A DNA stretch of 62,151 bases, counting the filler, from Globobulimina sp. (lineage: Eukaryota), in assembly GCA_003354225.1 (NCBI GenBank). It is 11 parts of 11 records of this genome, joined end to end, with 100 filler letters (N's around TTAATTAATTAA, not from the genome) between each part and the next. Parts side by side here need not be neighbours in the genome. Positions count along the whole stretch, not along the records: positions 56,603 to 62,151 come from PIVH01000517.1; 10 more parts are not named here. One strand, written 5' to 3'. The position numbers and the translations under genes are program-made. Below are positions 60,300 through 62,151 of the stretch, piece by piece. Within the stretch, counting starts at the first letter, position 1; the number at the start of each line of letters is the position of its first letter. The notes beneath the pieces are model-generated. The model worked only from the letters and a program-made list of their open reading frames with translations. It searched no databases and had not been told where the DNA came from.

Positions 60300-60704
60300 A
60301 TGAACATGACCAGTAACCCATCTTGGGTTTTGCTTGAAAAATGCACCATTAAATCCAAGAAATTGTACTCATTGAATAATACTGAATTGATTGGCAATGT
60401 GTGGGGTTCAGACACAGAAATCAATGGTCTCTACAAATGGGATATATTGCGAAATGAATGGATGTTAATTTATAAATATACTGCACAGCAAATGATTGCA
60501 TTTAGTTATTCTTTATCAATCCATAAAGAAACACAAAAAATATGGTTATGCACTACAGTCTACATGGTTGATGTGGTAATTATTGATTTTTCAAATGACT
60601 TAATTAGAGTTATTGCATCATTTTATTCCACAGAAATGATTCATTTAATCAATTTAAATGGTTATCATCATTGGCAAATCAATATTGACCAATTATATAA
60701 CTGA
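60300..60704 (+). CDS. Hypothetical beta-propeller-like fragment
   Basis: 134-aa ORF with GLYKWDILRNEW. Confidence 0.35.
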   Translation: MNMTSNPSWVLLEKCTIKSKKLYSLNNTELIGNVWGSDTEINGLYKWDILRNEWMLIYKYTAQQMIAFSYSLSIHKETQKIWLCTTVYMVDVVIIDFSNDLIRVIASFYSTEMIHLINLNGYHHWQINIDQLYN

Positions 60705-60871
60705 GTTTGTGCATAAGCCATAAGCTTATTCCTTGTTCACAATCAGTGCATATACCCAAATATGGATGTCATTTTTTTGTATTACGGTGCAAAGCTGTCT
60801 ATCTCCGATTATTAATGCGTGAATTGCCGGTGAAATACATAACAAATTCCGTTCTAGTACAGCTGCTCATC

Positions 60872-62038
60872 ATGTCACATTTATTCTTTTTTACCATGTT
60901 AACTGTAATACATTCCCAATCCGACACAGATTGTGGTGGATGGTGTGATAATATCGATGAAAGTAGCTCATGTTCCGGATGCGAAGGTACATCACATTGC
61001 CATCCAATACCAAATTCAGAATGTGAGCGTGGTAATTGGACCAAATCATATGACACACAACTTGGTACCTGGTATCCATCGCGTTCTACGCATTACGGCG
61101 GCACCAGTGGCGGTGCGTGTGGTTATGGCAATACACCAAATTGTTATACCGGCGGCAGTGCGTGCATTGGAGTACCAGCAGATATTTTAAACTCCCCTTT
61201 TGCAGGATTTTACGCAGCACCACAAGGCGACTATTATGCACAAAATATAATCAATCCCAACGGTGATTATTATCTTTCCTGCGGCAGTTGTTTCGAAGTG
61301 TATTGTGCTGATCCTTTATGCAACGGTTATAATAAATCATTGGTCTTAAATCTCTGCGATGCCTGTCCTTGTCATCCAAATCCCAAATGGTGTTGCAGCA
61401 AATATTCGCATTGTAACGAGATTGGACCAGATAACGTAGCGGGACAAGCGCATTGCGCTGCATCTGACAATGGCCTATGGAGTGATTATTCGTTACATTT
61501 GGATTTATCAGATCAAGCTATGGGAATGTTATGGAGCGGTGTACGCAATAATATTGGCCCAGGGGTACTGAACACATTTATGCGTCGCGTCTCCTGTCCT
61601 GCCATTGGCAATGCATATATTATAATCAATGAAGGATCGGATTATAATGCGGAGTGTTATACGGTGTATCCAGATCCTGCTAAACCTTGTTTTTATTATT
61701 TGGAGGTGAATCCGTATAATGTACGTGGTTATGGTGGCATTTTGGACGTGTCTGTGTATGCGGGGACTTTAACTAATGGAGAATTGGTATATTCGAATTT
61801 TAGTTTATTGCGGAATCCAAATTATCCACCGGACAAAACTCAGGAACAATATGGGACATGGGTTAATCAACAAAATCAAGCGATATTTATGCCGTTGCAA
61901 TTTATTATTACGGATATTGGTGGGAGGGTAATAAAATCAGCGGTTATCAATGATTTTGCAAGTGGTGTGCCTGAATATTATGATGTTGGATCAAATTTTC
62001 CCAATCCATCTGATTTACCCGTTTGGAAAGCCACATAA
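60872..62038 (+). CDS. Secreted expansin-like protein (DPBB + CBM63-like domains)
   Basis: Signal peptide; STHYG..GGACGYG, CGSCFEVYC, DACP, HLDLS, RRVSC; C-terminal aromatic beta domain. Confidence 0.85.
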   Translation: MSHLFFFTMLTVIHSQSDTDCGGWCDNIDESSSCSGCEGTSHCHPIPNSECERGNWTKSYDTQLGTWYPSRSTHYGGTSGGACGYGNTPNCYTGGSACIGVPADILNSPFAGFYAAPQGDYYAQNIINPNGDYYLSCGSCFEVYCADPLCNGYNKSLVLNLCDACPCHPNPKWCCSKYSHCNEIGPDNVAGQAHCAASDNGLWSDYSLHLDLSDQAMGMLWSGVRNNIGPGVLNTFMRRVSCPAIGNAYIIINEGSDYNAECYTVYPDPAKPCFYYLEVNPYNVRGYGGILDVSVYAGTLTNGELVYSNFSLLRNPNYPPDKTQEQYGTWVNQQNQAIFMPLQFIITDIGGRVIKSAVINDFASGVPEYYDVGSNFPNPSDLPVWKAT

Positions 62039-62151
62039 ATATTATATATTATCCTTGCACAGCCTGCCAAGTGTCGATCAATGTTGGCCAAATCACACAA
62101 TAATAGTATGATGGTAATAATATAAACATAGTTATTGCGCTGTCTCTCTCA

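Noticed and set aside
1-62151. Alternative genetic code, and rRNA/tRNA genes
   Set aside because: Long genes translate cleanly with the standard code and end in TAA, TAG or TGA; no tRNA or rRNA signatures noticed by eye

Overview
This is not one locus. It is 11 unrelated contigs (5,572 down to 5,549 bp, sorted by length) joined by artificial 100-nt N44-TTAATTAATTAA-N44 spacers, so genes on either side of a spacer are not neighbours. The DNA is AT-rich and eukaryotic, with short GT-AG introns. The gene set (cAMP-receptor-like GPCR, 7TM-RGS, polycystin/GPS protein, XK-ankyrin proteins, PI3K-like kinase, polo kinase, MYND, expansin-like) suggests a protist, possibly a rhizarian/foraminiferan; this is inference only. 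The most notable part is contig 3 (11341-16905), an apparently intact tyrosine-recombinase (DIRS-order) retrotransposon with gag-like, RT-RNaseH and YR ORFs. It has identical 119-bp ends, probable in-frame spliceosomal introns, an RT mini-exon in frame behind the gag UGA, and a ~340-nt densely base-paired non-coding region containing a SECIS/K-turn-like AUGA..GA motif. Also seen: a decayed LINE, a small MITE-like family on two contigs, and repeated short deletions through conserved motifs in several unrelated genes. All calls are by eye from motifs; no searches or folding programs were run.
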